This document shows positions 1-10,165 of a stretch of 64,000 nt of DNA, one piece after another (position 1 is the first letter of the stretch; each line of letters starts with the position of its first letter). The DNA lies in assembly GCA_034181285.1 (NCBI GenBank), contig JAXFND010000002.1, positions 104,379 through 168,378 on the forward strand. Reading direction: 5' to 3'. The DNA is from Porphyromonas sp. Lineage in GTDB: Bacteria; Bacteroidota; Bacteroidia; Bacteroidales; Porphyromonadaceae. The notes beneath the pieces are model-generated. The model saw nothing but the letters and a program-made list of their open reading frames with translations. It had not been told where the DNA came from and did not search any database. A program made the translations under genes and the position numbers.

Positions 1-473
1 AAGTCGAAACTCCGTGCGGATCGCAATCTTCAAAATACACAAACAGAAATTCGCATTATAATTATTGAATTATTTCCTGATAATATCTTATCGATTTAGC
101 TTTATGATTTACTGGAAAGATCCCAGATTCAGATTTATATCCATCGAGAAAGAATGTACTTTATTCATCTGATCAACCAGAACGTATAAAACACGAAATC
201 AATCTATTATACATTGCGATATAAACTACTCGATGGGGGACAGCAGCCCGTCTGGGTATTGTGTGTAACATTCTATTTCCAGATATATGGACGCACATCC
301 TACTATACACCTTATAATCAGCCTATTACTTGCCTAATTCTTAATAATAAGAAGATGTTTAGGTTGCTGGTGCTGCAGAAGAATAGGATACAAGGGATTT
401 CCATTGATTCATCCTTCGAAATACGAGGGTGTGTAGTTTGCAAATCCACCTTGCTAAATAAAAACTAAATCCA

Positions 474-481
474 TATATTTG
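474..481 (+). promoter_or_regulatory. Bacteroidetes-type -7 promoter box (TATATTTG, consensus TAnnTTTG)
   Basis: Exact TAnnTTTG match about 30 nt upstream of the ATG at 513. Confidence 0.45.
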
Positions 482-512
482 TATTCACAATTACGAATCG
501 TATAACTTTGAC

Positions 513-1040
513 ATGATGACAGACAATAGAGGTATAGATGCTGGACAAATTCGTGATCGTATCCAATACATTATAGATCAGTTGAGGTTGAAACCTTCTT
601 CTTTTGCCGATTTATGTGAGTTACCTCGATCTACAATTTCCAACATCCTCAATGGGAAATCCAATGCTACATTGGATGTGTTAAATCGGATAATAACATC
701 CTTTCCTGATTGGTCTGAAGCCTGGATCTTGTTTGGAAAGGGAGGGATGTACAATAGTGATCGATCTCTATTCGATGAAGACATTCCAGAAAACAAGGAA
801 AGGCATCCACAACAACAAGGATTGAATTTTTCCTCCCCAACTCCGGATTCATCCGGAAAATTGCAGTCATCACGACTTAACGAAGCTCCATCTACTGAAG
901 TAGAAGTGAACCACCATCCTCAAATTCTAATCCAGCAGCCGAATAAGAGTATCGAAAAAATCATTGTATTCTATACGGACAATAGCTATCAGGCATTTTT
1001 CCCATCAGAAAACGCTGAAGAGAAAGAGAAGAAACAATAG
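513..1040 (+). CDS. XRE-family helix-turn-helix protein with low-complexity C-terminal half
   Basis: HTH-like segment LCELPRSTISNILNGKSNATLDVLNRIITSF in the N-terminal 70 aa. Confidence 0.6.
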   Translation: MMTDNRGIDAGQIRDRIQYIIDQLRLKPSSFADLCELPRSTISNILNGKSNATLDVLNRIITSFPDWSEAWILFGKGGMYNSDRSLFDEDIPENKERHPQQQGLNFSSPTPDSSGKLQSSRLNEAPSTEVEVNHHPQILIQQPNKSIEKIIVFYTDNSYQAFFPSENAEEKEKKQ

Positions 1041-1183
1041 AAAAATGCCCGATATCAAAGGTGGCCGAAGATTCGCCTAATCCGGCGTGGCCTATTATTA
1101 AACATAACTATGATAAGAGCTGAATCCTTTGAACAGAGAGTCCGCCTACAGTGGAGCATTTCTAGATAATCAGGATAGCACTT

Positions 1184-1900
1184 TTAAGAATAGATCTTCA
1201 TTCCCGTCAAATTCGGTAGTTGTCTTAATTCTGCAGATAGATCATTCTCTTCTTTTACAGAAGCTATTCGCACACTAAGAGAGATGGCCGAGGTATTTTT
1301 GTGTAGATCAAATTCCGTGCTAAAGTTGATGATCTTGACATTGTGCTTCCCGAAAATTGACTCCAACTCTCTGAGAGATTTTGGATCACCATCGAACTGT
1401 AACTCAATTAATTTATTAAATCCCCGGATACGTTTGGAAACTTCCAACCTATCCATAAAAGACAGCACCCCTATCATCATTGCTGTTACCACAATGGAGG
1501 GAAGATAAAGACCTGCCCCAATTGCTAAGCCAATAACAGCTGAGACCCATATGCCTGCAGCCGTTGTAAGCCCTTGGATACTCCCTTTGGTTCGCATGAT
1601 TGCACCGGCCCCCAAGAATCCGACCCCAGTCAGAACCTGAGCAGCAATACGCCCAGGGTCTCCGGGGTTCGTGCTACTCAAGTGGGTTGAGACGGGCGTC
1701 CAAATAGATATTAACATCGCCAATGTGGCCCCTAAACAAATTAAGGTGAATGTGCGAAAGCCAGCTGAGTGATACTTGGCTTCTCGCTCGAATCCAATGG
1801 CTGCACCTAGTAGTAAGCTAAGCGATAAACGTCCAACTGCTTCCCAGAGAGTTGGGTTGGAGTAGGACCATAGAGCGGATAAAGAAAAATCGGACACCAT
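1184..1900 (-). CDS. MgtC/SapB family membrane protein
   Basis: LLGAAIGFEREAKYHSAGFRTFTLICLGATLAM signature, several TM helices and a soluble C-terminal domain. Confidence 0.8.
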   Translation of the reverse strand: MVSDFSLSALWSYSNPTLWEAVGRLSLSLLLGAAIGFEREAKYHSAGFRTFTLICLGATLAMLISIWTPVSTHLSSTNPGDPGRIAAQVLTGVGFLGAGAIMRTKGSIQGLTTAAGIWVSAVIGLAIGAGLYLPSIVVTAMMIGVLSFMDRLEVSKRIRGFNKLIELQFDGDPKSLRELESIFGKHNVKIINFSTEFDLHKNTSAISLSVRIASVKEENDLSAELRQLPNLTGMKIYS

Positions 1901-1944
1901 GTCTGGTATGGGATATATAATTAGCGGGCCAAATCTTTTCTTAT

Positions 1945-2862
1945 CTAATTGTACATGAGCCCTCCTATCAGTTCGTGTACATCTACGATTTTTTCCCGAT
2001 CGAGATAAGAGTCTAATTCTTTCACCAATCGAGACGAAACAGATGGATCAATAAAGTTGTAGTATCCAATCTGTACCGCCGTTGCACCTGCCAAGAGGAA
2101 TTCGATCACATCGTCCAAACACGAAATTCCTCCCATACCAATAACGGGAATAGAAACAGCTTGAGCCACTTGCCATACCATCCGCAGTGCAATAGGCTTA
2201 ATAGCAGGCCCGGAAAGGCCCCCGGTTATTGTACTCAAGACTGGTTTGCGAGTGCGTGAATTGATAGCTATTCCCAAAAAGGTATTAATCAAAGACAAAG
2301 CATCTGCTCCTGCTTCTTCTACAGCTCTTGCTATACTGCAGATGTCAGATACATTTGGTGATAGCTTCACAATCAGAGTTTTGTTGTAAGATTTACGTAC
2401 TGCAGCCACAACTTTGGCTGCAGAATCTGGAGAAACCCCAAATGCCATCCCCCCTTCTTTTACGTTGGGACAAGATATATTCAGTTCTATAGCGTGTATC
2501 TGATCCAATTCATTGACTCTGCAGGCTGTTTCGCGATAGTCGCTAAGAGTTGCTCCGCTCACATTGACAATGAATTCTGTGTCAAATTTCACGAGATCAG
2601 GATAGATATGCCTAACAAAGTATTCTACACCTTTATTTTGCAGGCCGACTGCGTTGAGCATACCAGCAGCGGTCTCGGTCATTCGAGGATAGTCATTCCC
2701 CTCTCTGCGATGTAGTGTTGTTCCCTTTACTACAATACCTCCTAAAGAGGAGATGTCCATTAGGTCGGCAAATTCGACTCCATAGCCAAAGGTGCCCGAA
2801 GCAGTCATAATGGGATTTTTCAATGTCAGACCTCTTCCTATGGTCACTGCTGTTTTAGCCAT
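1945..2862 (-). CDS. pyrD: Dihydroorotate dehydrogenase, class 1B catalytic subunit
   Basis: 305 aa TIM-barrel flavoenzyme pattern (NPIMTASGTFGYG, ELNISCPNV, GGLSGPAIKP). Overlaps the pyrK stop. Confidence 0.9.
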   Translation of the reverse strand: MAKTAVTIGRGLTLKNPIMTASGTFGYGVEFADLMDISSLGGIVVKGTTLHRREGNDYPRMTETAAGMLNAVGLQNKGVEYFVRHIYPDLVKFDTEFIVNVSGATLSDYRETACRVNELDQIHAIELNISCPNVKEGGMAFGVSPDSAAKVVAAVRKSYNKTLIVKLSPNVSDICSIARAVEEAGADALSLINTFLGIAINSRTRKPVLSTITGGLSGPAIKPIALRMVWQVAQAVSIPVIGMGGISCLDDVIEFLLAGATAVQIGYYNFIDPSVSSRLVKELDSYLDREKIVDVHELIGGLMYN

Positions 2863-3635
2863 CGCAATTCATTTAGGTTAAATACAGGTCCTTCTGTACA
2901 TACACAGCGATTGCCTGTTGTCGTATGTTCTACACAACAGAGGCAAGCTCCAATTCCACAAGCCATTTTATTCTCTAGTGAAAATTCGGCATAAACATCA
3001 GGTCCTCCAACTTTACGTGCTATGGCCTTCATCATAGAGTTTGGACCACAGACATATACGTGCGAATGCTTCTTCTCATTCCACAATGGGTGTTCTGAGA
3101 CAAAACCTCTAAATCCCAGTGAGCCATCATCGGTACAAAGATGAAGAGTGGAAATAGGTTCAACTCTACCTGATATATCAAGACACGCAGCAGTCTTCGC
3201 TCCCAACAAGACATCGGGTTTAACGCCTAATTTTTGCCAAATGCAACGGGTCAAATATACCATCGGGGCAATCCCTACCCCTCCACCTATCAGCAGGGGA
3301 GTTGCTTTGGAATGTTTGGGCAAAGCAAATCCCTTTCCCAAAGGGAATATGAGATCTAGCGAGTCTCCCTCTCTCACCTGACAGATTAACTGAGTTCCCT
3401 CCCCTACTGCATCAATGAGCAATAGAAGACGACTATGCTCCACTTCTATATCACATATCGAGATGGGGCGCCTAAGCATAAACTTGCGATTGGGAACCGC
3501 TACTTCCACAAACTGACCAGGCTGTATCTGTCTTAAATCTACACGCCTATCACAACTCAATTCCAGAAGGAAATAGGCTCCATCTCTGTGAGTTACTCTC
3601 ACAACTTCTACTACCTGTCGGTATTTCTGACGCAT
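2844..3635 (-). CDS. pyrK: Dihydroorotate dehydrogenase electron-transfer subunit (FAD/2Fe-2S)
   Basis: C-terminal Cys cluster CGIGACLCCV..CVC and position upstream of pyrD. Start moved to the internal ATG (MRQKYRQ) because a TAnnTTTG box lies inside the longer ORF. Confidence 0.8.
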   Translation of the reverse strand: MRQKYRQVVEVVRVTHRDGAYFLLELSCDRRVDLRQIQPGQFVEVAVPNRKFMLRRPISICDIEVEHSRLLLLIDAVGEGTQLICQVREGDSLDLIFPLGKGFALPKHSKATPLLIGGGVGIAPMVYLTRCIWQKLGVKPDVLLGAKTAACLDISGRVEPISTLHLCTDDGSLGFRGFVSEHPLWNEKKHSHVYVCGPNSMMKAIARKVGGPDVYAEFSLENKMACGIGACLCCVEHTTTGNRCVCTEGPVFNLNELRWLKQQ

Positions 3636-3660
3636 TTGTCCTGAACCATTTAGATAGGCA

Positions 3661-3668
3661 CAAAGATA
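3661..3668 (-). promoter_or_regulatory. -7 promoter box (TATCTTTG on minus strand) for pyrK-pyrD
   Basis: Exact TAnnTTTG on the minus strand, about 25 nt upstream of the ATG at 3635. Confidence 0.45.
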
Positions 3669-3838
3669 GATCATACAGATCTATTTTAAGGAGTAATTAT
3701 GAGTCCTGAGACTACGACGGAGATTTAGAAGGTGAATTTCCAACGAATCTATACTTCGTCTATCATCAAGAAATAGAGAATGCCAATGATCGAAATTTGA
3801 GTTTCTCTCAGGCAGAAGTCCTGATACTATAATGTGCT

Positions 3839-4897
3839 ATGTCTATCTTTGCAATCATGAGTTCTGATTTCGATATCCACAGTGAACGAGAACTACCGCT
3901 TGGCACAGAGGAGCGGGATATAGATAGAGCGCTTCGCCCCAAGCAGTTTGGGGATTTTAGAGGCCAAGATAAGGTGGTTGAAAATCTAACTGTCTTTGTG
4001 CGAGCAGCCAAGATGCGAGGTGAAGCATTGGACCATGTTCTCCTCTACGGACCTCCTGGATTGGGCAAAACAACTCTGTCGCACATCATCGCCAATGAGC
4101 TCGGTGTAAACATCAAGATCAGCTCCGGGCCTGTGCTGGACAAACCCGGAGACTTGGCCGGCCTCCTAACTTCTCTTGAGCCAAACGAAGTCCTCTTTAT
4201 CGATGAGATACACCGTTTAAGTCCGGTTGTGGAGGAATACCTCTATTCTGCGATGGAGGACTATCGGATAGATATAATGCTCGACAAAGGGCCATCAGCT
4301 CGATCTATCCAGATTGAGCTGAGTCCTTTCACTCTCATTGGGGCCACGACCCGATCGGGATTGCTCACAGCTCCACTTCGAGCTCGCTTTGGAATTAATC
4401 TCCATCTAGAATACTACGGAGTGGCAACAATCCGAGACATCGTCCTACGTTCAGCAAAAATATTGGAAGTCGGTTGCGACTATGATGCCGCCACAGAGAT
4501 TGCGGGTAGGAGTCGTGGCACGCCGCGTATAGCGAATGCGTTACTCCGAAGAGTGAGAGATTTCGCTCAAGTCAAAGGGTCCGGTAGGATTGATTCGGAG
4601 ATTGCCTCCTTTGCTTTGGAAGCTCTGAACATTGACACATACGGGCTTGATCAAACAGACAACAGGCTGCTATGCACCATGATCGACAAGTTCGCCGGAG
4701 GACCTGTTGGTCTCACCACAATTGCCACAGCTTTGGGCGAAGATCCTGGCACAATAGAAGAGGTTTACGAGCCATTCCTCATTCAGGAGGGCTTTCTCAA
4801 GCGCACTCCTCGGGGGAGAGAAGTAACAGAATTAGCTTACAAGCATTTAGGAAGAGATTTCCGCTCTTCTGGGGATCTTTTCGCCAGAGAACAATAG
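3839..4897 (+). CDS. ruvB: Holliday junction branch migration ATPase RuvB
   Basis: Walker [18 protein letters not shown] and [16 protein letters not shown] motifs. Confidence 0.95.
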   Translation: MSIFAIMSSDFDIHSERELPLGTEERDIDRALRPKQFGDFRGQDKVVENLTVFVRAAKMRGEALDHVLLYGPPGLGKTTLSHIIANELGVNIKISSGPVLDKPGDLAGLLTSLEPNEVLFIDEIHRLSPVVEEYLYSAMEDYRIDIMLDKGPSARSIQIELSPFTLIGATTRSGLLTAPLRARFGINLHLEYYGVATIRDIVLRSAKILEVGCDYDAATEIAGRSRGTPRIANALLRRVRDFAQVKGSGRIDSEIASFALEALNIDTYGLDQTDNRLLCTMIDKFAGGPVGLTTIATALGEDPGTIEEVYEPFLIQEGFLKRTPRGREVTELAYKHLGRDFRSSGDLFAREQ

Positions 4898-5050
4898 ACT
4901 TTTCCTCTGAGCTATTTCCCTTACTGATCCGTATACCACCTTTATTCATCACACAAGTGCAGGGCTTTTGGTACATTTGCCCAGACACCTCAAAATTCAG
5001 GCTGGAGATTAAGGCCGGGATACAGTGGTTCAAAACTTATACCAAAGGAT

Positions 5051-5983
5051 ATGCAACAGAATAATAGACCGGCTCTTCTGATATTGGCAGCCGGCATGGG
5101 AAGTCGCTACGGGGGGCTTAAACAACTTGACGGGATAGGGCCAAATGGAGAGACCATAATGGACTATTCCGTCTATGATGCCATCCAAGCCGGATTCGGG
5201 CAAGTGGTGTTTGTGATACGTCACAGTTTTGAGAAAGAATTTAGGGAGAAGATCCTCGCCAAGTATGAGAGTCTAATCCCCACAAGCGTTGTGTTTCAAG
5301 AAACGGAAAAACTACCTGATGGCTACACTTGTCCTGAAAGGCGGGAGAAGCCTTGGGGCACAGGACATGCTGTACAAATGGGGGCAGAAGTAATAGATGT
5401 TCCATTTGCTGTAATCAATGCGGACGACTTTTATGGACGTCACAGTTTTGAGGTGCTGGCAGATGAACTTAGATCGGTATGGGGACGGAGTGGCCTCTAC
5501 TCCATGGTTGGGTTCGAATTAGGGAGGACCTTGAGTGAGAGCGGAGCCGTGTCTCGTGGCGTTTGCTCTACGAATTCGAACGGAGATCTGATGACAGTAG
5601 TAGAGCACACTGGCATAGAACAGAAAAAAGGGGTAATCGGATGTCCTGATCCAACCAACCCTATCAAACATAAAGATCTGAGAGCCGACACCATTGTGTC
5701 TATGAATATGTGGGGATTCACTCCGGACTATTTCGCACAAAGTGAATTGCTTTGGAAAGATTTTTTGGACCATCATATCCACGAACCTGAGAGCGAATTC
5801 TATATCCCCTATGTGGTAAGTCGACTCATAGAAAACAGGAAAGCATCCGTAAAAGTCCTTCATTCCGACGCCCAATGGTTTGGTGTGACTTATGCAGCCG
5901 ATCGCCCGATGGTACAATCCAGACTCCATGAAATGTGTGGAGAACAAACTTATCCGAATAATTTATTTTCAACTACGTTATAA
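5051..5983 (+). CDS. Sugar-phosphate nucleotidyltransferase family protein
   Basis: N-terminal LILAAGMGSRYGGLKQL nucleotide-binding signature. Substrate not determinable. Confidence 0.6.
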   Translation: MQQNNRPALLILAAGMGSRYGGLKQLDGIGPNGETIMDYSVYDAIQAGFGQVVFVIRHSFEKEFREKILAKYESLIPTSVVFQETEKLPDGYTCPERREKPWGTGHAVQMGAEVIDVPFAVINADDFYGRHSFEVLADELRSVWGRSGLYSMVGFELGRTLSESGAVSRGVCSTNSNGDLMTVVEHTGIEQKKGVIGCPDPTNPIKHKDLRADTIVSMNMWGFTPDYFAQSELLWKDFLDHHIHEPESEFYIPYVVSRLIENRKASVKVLHSDAQWFGVTYAADRPMVQSRLHEMCGEQTYPNNLFSTTL

Positions 5984-5994
5984 CAGTTATCTAA

Positions 5995-8046
5995 GTGATG
6001 AAAAAGACAAGAATCCTTCTGACTGTAGCTGCCGGCTGTACATTGGCTCTCAGTGCATGCAGTGGCAAGAAGACAGACCAGCAATCTGGGAAAGTTCCGG
6101 CTATAGATCTGTCGGATATGGACACCACCGTAAATCCTCGGGATGATTTCTTCCGCTATGCTAACGGAGGATGGATGGCAAAAAACCCGCTGAAACCGGA
6201 GGATAGCCGATATGGAGCATTCGATGTGCTTCGTGATTCTACGGCAGCACGGCTCCGTCGTATCGTGGAAGGCTATTCGGGAAAAGGGCAAAAACCCGGA
6301 ACCAATGAATATCGTATCGCTACGCTTTTCAAGTTGGCGATGGATAGCACCAAATTGAACGCAGATGCGTCCGAACCTATACGAGGTGAACTCAGAGAAA
6401 TTGAAGCAATAGCAGACAAGAGAGAGTTGGCCAAGTATGCTGGGAACCAGGATAATGGCGGGGGAAACACATTCTTTGGCTCGGGTGTTTCTGCCGACAT
6501 GAAAAATAGCAGGATGAATATCATGCACATTGGTCAAATTGGTCTGGCAATGGGCGATAAAAGCTATTATCTGGATCAGGACGAGTCAACCAAAGCATAC
6601 CGGGAGGCCTATGTCAACTACTTTAGACAACTGGCCAAGCTCTCTGGCTACGATGAAGCAGCTGCAGCACGTATCGCTGGTAATATGCTGAAAGTAGAAA
6701 CTGATTTGGCGAAAATAAGCCTATCGTCAGTAGAGCTCCGTGATCCTATCGCGAACTACAATATGATGCTCGTAGACAACTTTGTAGCAACACATCCAGC
6801 TTTCGATTGGAAGACCTATCTAGGCGAACGCAACCTTTCCAACCTCAAAGAGTGGGACGTGATGCAACCTTCCTTCTTCGACAAATTCGACAAGTGGTTT
6901 GCATCAACACCTATTGAGGAGATCAAAGATTATCTATTGGCAGCCACAATGGACGGGGCGGCTCCCTTTTTGAGCGATGAGTTTAGTGTAGCTCGCTTCA
7001 ATTTCTACGGTAAAACTCTCAGTGGAGCCACGGAGCAACGAGCCCGATGGAAGAGAGCTATTTCTACGATCGAAGAAACAATGGGTGAACTCCTGGGCCA
7101 GGTCTACGTGAAAGAGTACTTCCCCGAAGAAGCTAAGAAGAAGATGCTGGGGCTCGTAGAGAATCTTCGTCAAGCCCTTAGCAAACGAATTAATGGTTTG
7201 GAATGGATGACTGAAGCAACAAAAGCGAAGGCACAGGAAAAGCTCAATAATTTCTCTGTGAAGATCGGTTATCCCGACAAATGGAGGAACTACGACAAGC
7301 TTGACATCAAAGAGGACAGCTATTATGCCAATCTCAAGCGAGCGATGAAGTTCGAGCATGAATATGAAATGGCTCAGCTTGGCAAGGAAGTAGATCGTAC
7401 GAGATGGCTAATGACTCCCCAGACCGTCAATGCATACTACGAGCCATCATCCAATGAAATTTGTTTCCCTGCAGCTATCTTACAACCACCGTTCTTCAAT
7501 ATGGATGCCGATGATCCAGTAAACTATGGTGCAATAGGTGTGGTAATCGGTCACGAAATGACACATGGATTCGATGACCAAGGCCGCCTATTCGACAAAG
7601 ATGGCAATATGGTTGATTGGTGGACAGAAGCAGATAGCAAAAGATTTGAAGAAGCCACAGCTAAGCTCATCTCCCAATTCGACCAGTTGATTGTAGCTGA
7701 TGATGTCCATGCTGATGGTGCCCTTACGTTGGGCGAGAATATAGCTGACCAGGGAGGCTTGTTGATCTCTTACATGGCTATGCAAGAAGCAATCAAGGGC
7801 AAGAAAGTGGAGCTAATTGATGGCCTCACTCCTGACCAACGCTTCTTCATTGGCTATGCTCGAGTGTGGGGACAAAATGTCCGCAAGGAGACAGCCTTGC
7901 GATTAACTAAGATAGATGTGCACAGTTTGGGAGAAAACCGTGTCAACCAAACACTGAGAAACATTGATGCTTTCTTTAAGGCATTTGATGTACAACCGGA
8001 AAACAAGATGTATCTCGCGCCGGAAGAGCGAGTACTTGTGTGGTAA
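5995..8046 (+). CDS. pepO: M13 family zinc metalloendopeptidase (PepO-like lipoprotein)
   Basis: HEMTHGFD zinc motif, downstream ENIADQGG, lipoprotein signal ending LSAC, C-terminal ..RVLVW. Confidence 0.9.
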   Translation: MMKKTRILLTVAAGCTLALSACSGKKTDQQSGKVPAIDLSDMDTTVNPRDDFFRYANGGWMAKNPLKPEDSRYGAFDVLRDSTAARLRRIVEGYSGKGQKPGTNEYRIATLFKLAMDSTKLNADASEPIRGELREIEAIADKRELAKYAGNQDNGGGNTFFGSGVSADMKNSRMNIMHIGQIGLAMGDKSYYLDQDESTKAYREAYVNYFRQLAKLSGYDEAAAARIAGNMLKVETDLAKISLSSVELRDPIANYNMMLVDNFVATHPAFDWKTYLGERNLSNLKEWDVMQPSFFDKFDKWFASTPIEEIKDYLLAATMDGAAPFLSDEFSVARFNFYGKTLSGATEQRARWKRAISTIEETMGELLGQVYVKEYFPEEAKKKMLGLVENLRQALSKRINGLEWMTEATKAKAQEKLNNFSVKIGYPDKWRNYDKLDIKEDSYYANLKRAMKFEHEYEMAQLGKEVDRTRWLMTPQTVNAYYEPSSNEICFPAAILQPPFFNMDADDPVNYGAIGVVIGHEMTHGFDDQGRLFDKDGNMVDWWTEADSKRFEEATAKLISQFDQLIVADDVHADGALTLGENIADQGGLLISYMAMQEAIKGKKVELIDGLTPDQRFFIGYARVWGQNVRKETALRLTKIDVHSLGENRVNQTLRNIDAFFKAFDVQPENKMYLAPEERVLVW

Positions 8047-8069
8047 ATAAATACCCTCTAAGGTAGTCC

Positions 8070-8108
8070 TCCCCGGTGCTCAACTAATGAGCATCGGGGA
8101 GTTTTTTT
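8070..8108 (+). terminator. Rho-independent terminator after pepO
   Basis: 13-bp stem (TCCCCGGTGCTCA / TGAGCATCGGGGA, one G-U pair), 5-nt loop, then a G followed by a run of seven T. Confidence 0.8.
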
Positions 8109-8199
8109 GTTCAACACTCTTCGTAACGAGCTCACGAAATTCAAGCCTCGTGAGAGGGAAGATGAGATGGACACTGATTTCAGAAGGAAACTCCATCTA

Positions 8200-8228
8200 T
8201 AAAAATAGGGCTGCCATGGGGCAGCCCT
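8200..8228 (-). terminator. Rho-independent terminator for the minus-strand lipoprotein gene
   Basis: 9-bp GC-rich stem AGGGCTGCC/GGCAGCCCT with a 4-nt loop, followed on the minus strand by a T-rich tail (ATTTTTAT). Confidence 0.65.
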
Positions 8229-8282
8229 ACCCTTCTCTATGGGAAACTCAATCGCGTTGAGTCCTCTGTGCAGTTAGCAGAT

Positions 8283-10016
8283 TCACTTGCTCCCTTCAAG
8301 CTCTATATTGTCGAGACGCAGACCATTTTTGAGGGCTTCTTTCTCCACATAGAACTTGAGTGTGACAGTCTCCCCATTCAAATCTCCAATCTCTACCGAA
8401 TTATTTACATAGCTATCCTTTTTCGCGAAAGAGGTTGCTCCTTTGACTGTTTTTTTCTCGCCATTAACCTCAACTTTGAGAAGTAGAGGCGTATCGTCTG
8501 TACCATTAGCCGCAGTTTGATACCTCAGTACCACTTTCTTCTTGTGCCCACTCAGTGGGATATTTTTCATCTCCAAGTGATTTGCATAAGATTTCCCAAA
8601 CCACACATGCCCATCGAGAGTCTTCGTAGCCCTTAGAGTCTTGGAGTCATAAGAAAACTCGTACTGGAGTTCCGGATGATCAGCATACTTTTTGTACTCG
8701 CGGAAATTTATTTGCTGAGATGAGCCTTTTGTCAATTTTGTGAAGCTCTCGCTAAAGAACTTTTCTACTTGTTCGGGTTGTTGAGGATCGCTACCACCCT
8801 TGCCTTGTTGAGTGATCGTTATAACGACACTTTTGCTTGTGGACGACTTTGTTGCCACAGTGCTAATTGTAAGGGAGGCACTCCGCTGTTGGCTAGTCTC
8901 GTTTGCACTGACTGTCACATTGAGTTCCTGACTCCCTTCGCCATTCATCGGAGTAACTGTAATCCAAGAAGTATTGTCCGATTTTTTCACATCGAATTTC
9001 CCATCTGTTTTGATAGAAAGTTTCTTTGTCTCGCCCTGAGCTGAAAAGCTAAGTGCAGTCTCGCCCTCAACTGTTATCGTCGGTTCGCCAGCCTCACCCT
9101 CGGGTGTCAAATTGTATTCACCCCCGTCTACAACTTCCCAGTCGGAAATTGTACCTCCCGGATTAAGTGTGACGGCCTCGCCTCCCTGAGTTAATTTGAT
9201 GTCGAAAGAATACTTTTTGCCACTTTCAAGGGAGGTGAGATCTTGCTTGGGTGTCCAGATATAAGTCTTGTCACCAATGAAAAACTCAACTGTCCCTATC
9301 GGGGTCTTGTTCGGCACGACAATAGCCTCAGCTGTACTTCCTTTCACCACCGCAGCAAAGTCTGCGACGCCTTCCTCGTTGGTCAGAGTGGCATTGGATA
9401 GGTTGAACTTAGCCTTGGGTTCGAAACCTTTGAGTTTGGCAGACATACCGCTGATGATTGAGCCGCTCTCCATTGAAACATTGAAGACCAGTTTAGATAA
9501 GATATGCCGAAAATTAAAGAGAATCTGCTCTTTGGGTGTTGAAGCACTCACGCTCTTCAGATTATCCGAATAAAGCAAATCAATTGCATTTTGAGGATCT
9601 TGCTTGCTCACATTGATGTTGTAGAGGTTACCACTCTCCAAACCGGCTGTGTGGGGATAATAGGCAACAAAGTCTACCTTTTGATCAGCTTCTGGGAACA
9701 CTATCTTGTTCTCTTCATTGGCCGGGACAAATTTCCCGTCGCCAGCAACTGTGATGTACTGCTTATTGGTCGCTGGAAGTTGAACCACAGTAGCTAAGCT
9801 CGTGCCGGCATTCGTCATAAAGATGCCGATAGCATCATTTGCTTCCCATTTCGCATCGAATGCGCGAGTAGTCAATGGACGGATGTTTGAGTCAAAATGC
9901 ACGGTCTGACTACCGTAGCCATTAATGCAGTCGTTGGGGGTTGTGATTTTGTTGCAGGCAGCCAGGCCTATGAGGGATGTCACTGCAAGCAAAACTGTAC
10001 GAAAGTTCTTTTTCAT
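8283..10016 (-). CDS. Surface lipoprotein with fimbrillin-like N-domain, BACON-like domain and unknown C-terminal domain
   Basis: Lipoprotein signal (LAAC). N-terminal region paralogous to the neighbouring nuclease. BACON-like segment SFSAQGETKKLSIKTDGKFDVKKSDNTSWITVTP..LNVTVSANETSQQRSASLTI. Confidence 0.5.
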   Translation of the reverse strand: MKKNFRTVLLAVTSLIGLAACNKITTPNDCINGYGSQTVHFDSNIRPLTTRAFDAKWEANDAIGIFMTNAGTSLATVVQLPATNKQYITVAGDGKFVPANEENKIVFPEADQKVDFVAYYPHTAGLESGNLYNINVSKQDPQNAIDLLYSDNLKSVSASTPKEQILFNFRHILSKLVFNVSMESGSIISGMSAKLKGFEPKAKFNLSNATLTNEEGVADFAAVVKGSTAEAIVVPNKTPIGTVEFFIGDKTYIWTPKQDLTSLESGKKYSFDIKLTQGGEAVTLNPGGTISDWEVVDGGEYNLTPEGEAGEPTITVEGETALSFSAQGETKKLSIKTDGKFDVKKSDNTSWITVTPMNGEGSQELNVTVSANETSQQRSASLTISTVATKSSTSKSVVITITQQGKGGSDPQQPEQVEKFFSESFTKLTKGSSQQINFREYKKYADHPELQYEFSYDSKTLRATKTLDGHVWFGKSYANHLEMKNIPLSGHKKKVVLRYQTAANGTDDTPLLLKVEVNGEKKTVKGATSFAKKDSYVNNSVEIGDLNGETVTLKFYVEKEALKNGLRLDNIELEGSK

Positions 10017-10165
10017 GTTCTTGGGACTGGTTACTGAGTTTGACTTAAAGGTATTGATGGCCAGGCAATCTCTACCTCCATCTGTTTCATCTTGTTTTTA
10101 ATTGTTTTATGCTTGAAGAAAGACGATCAATTCTTTCCCTTAATTGCACGCTGCGAATATGATCC

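Noticed and set aside
214-468. 84-aa ORF near the window start, and a possible + strand gene 3' end at 1..99
   Set aside because: It has no recognisable domain and lies in an AT-rich region. The partial frame at the edge is too short to call.
5950-6537. 195-aa minus-strand ORF
   Set aside because: It is antisense to the 5' part of pepO and the end of the nucleotidyltransferase gene, with no motifs.
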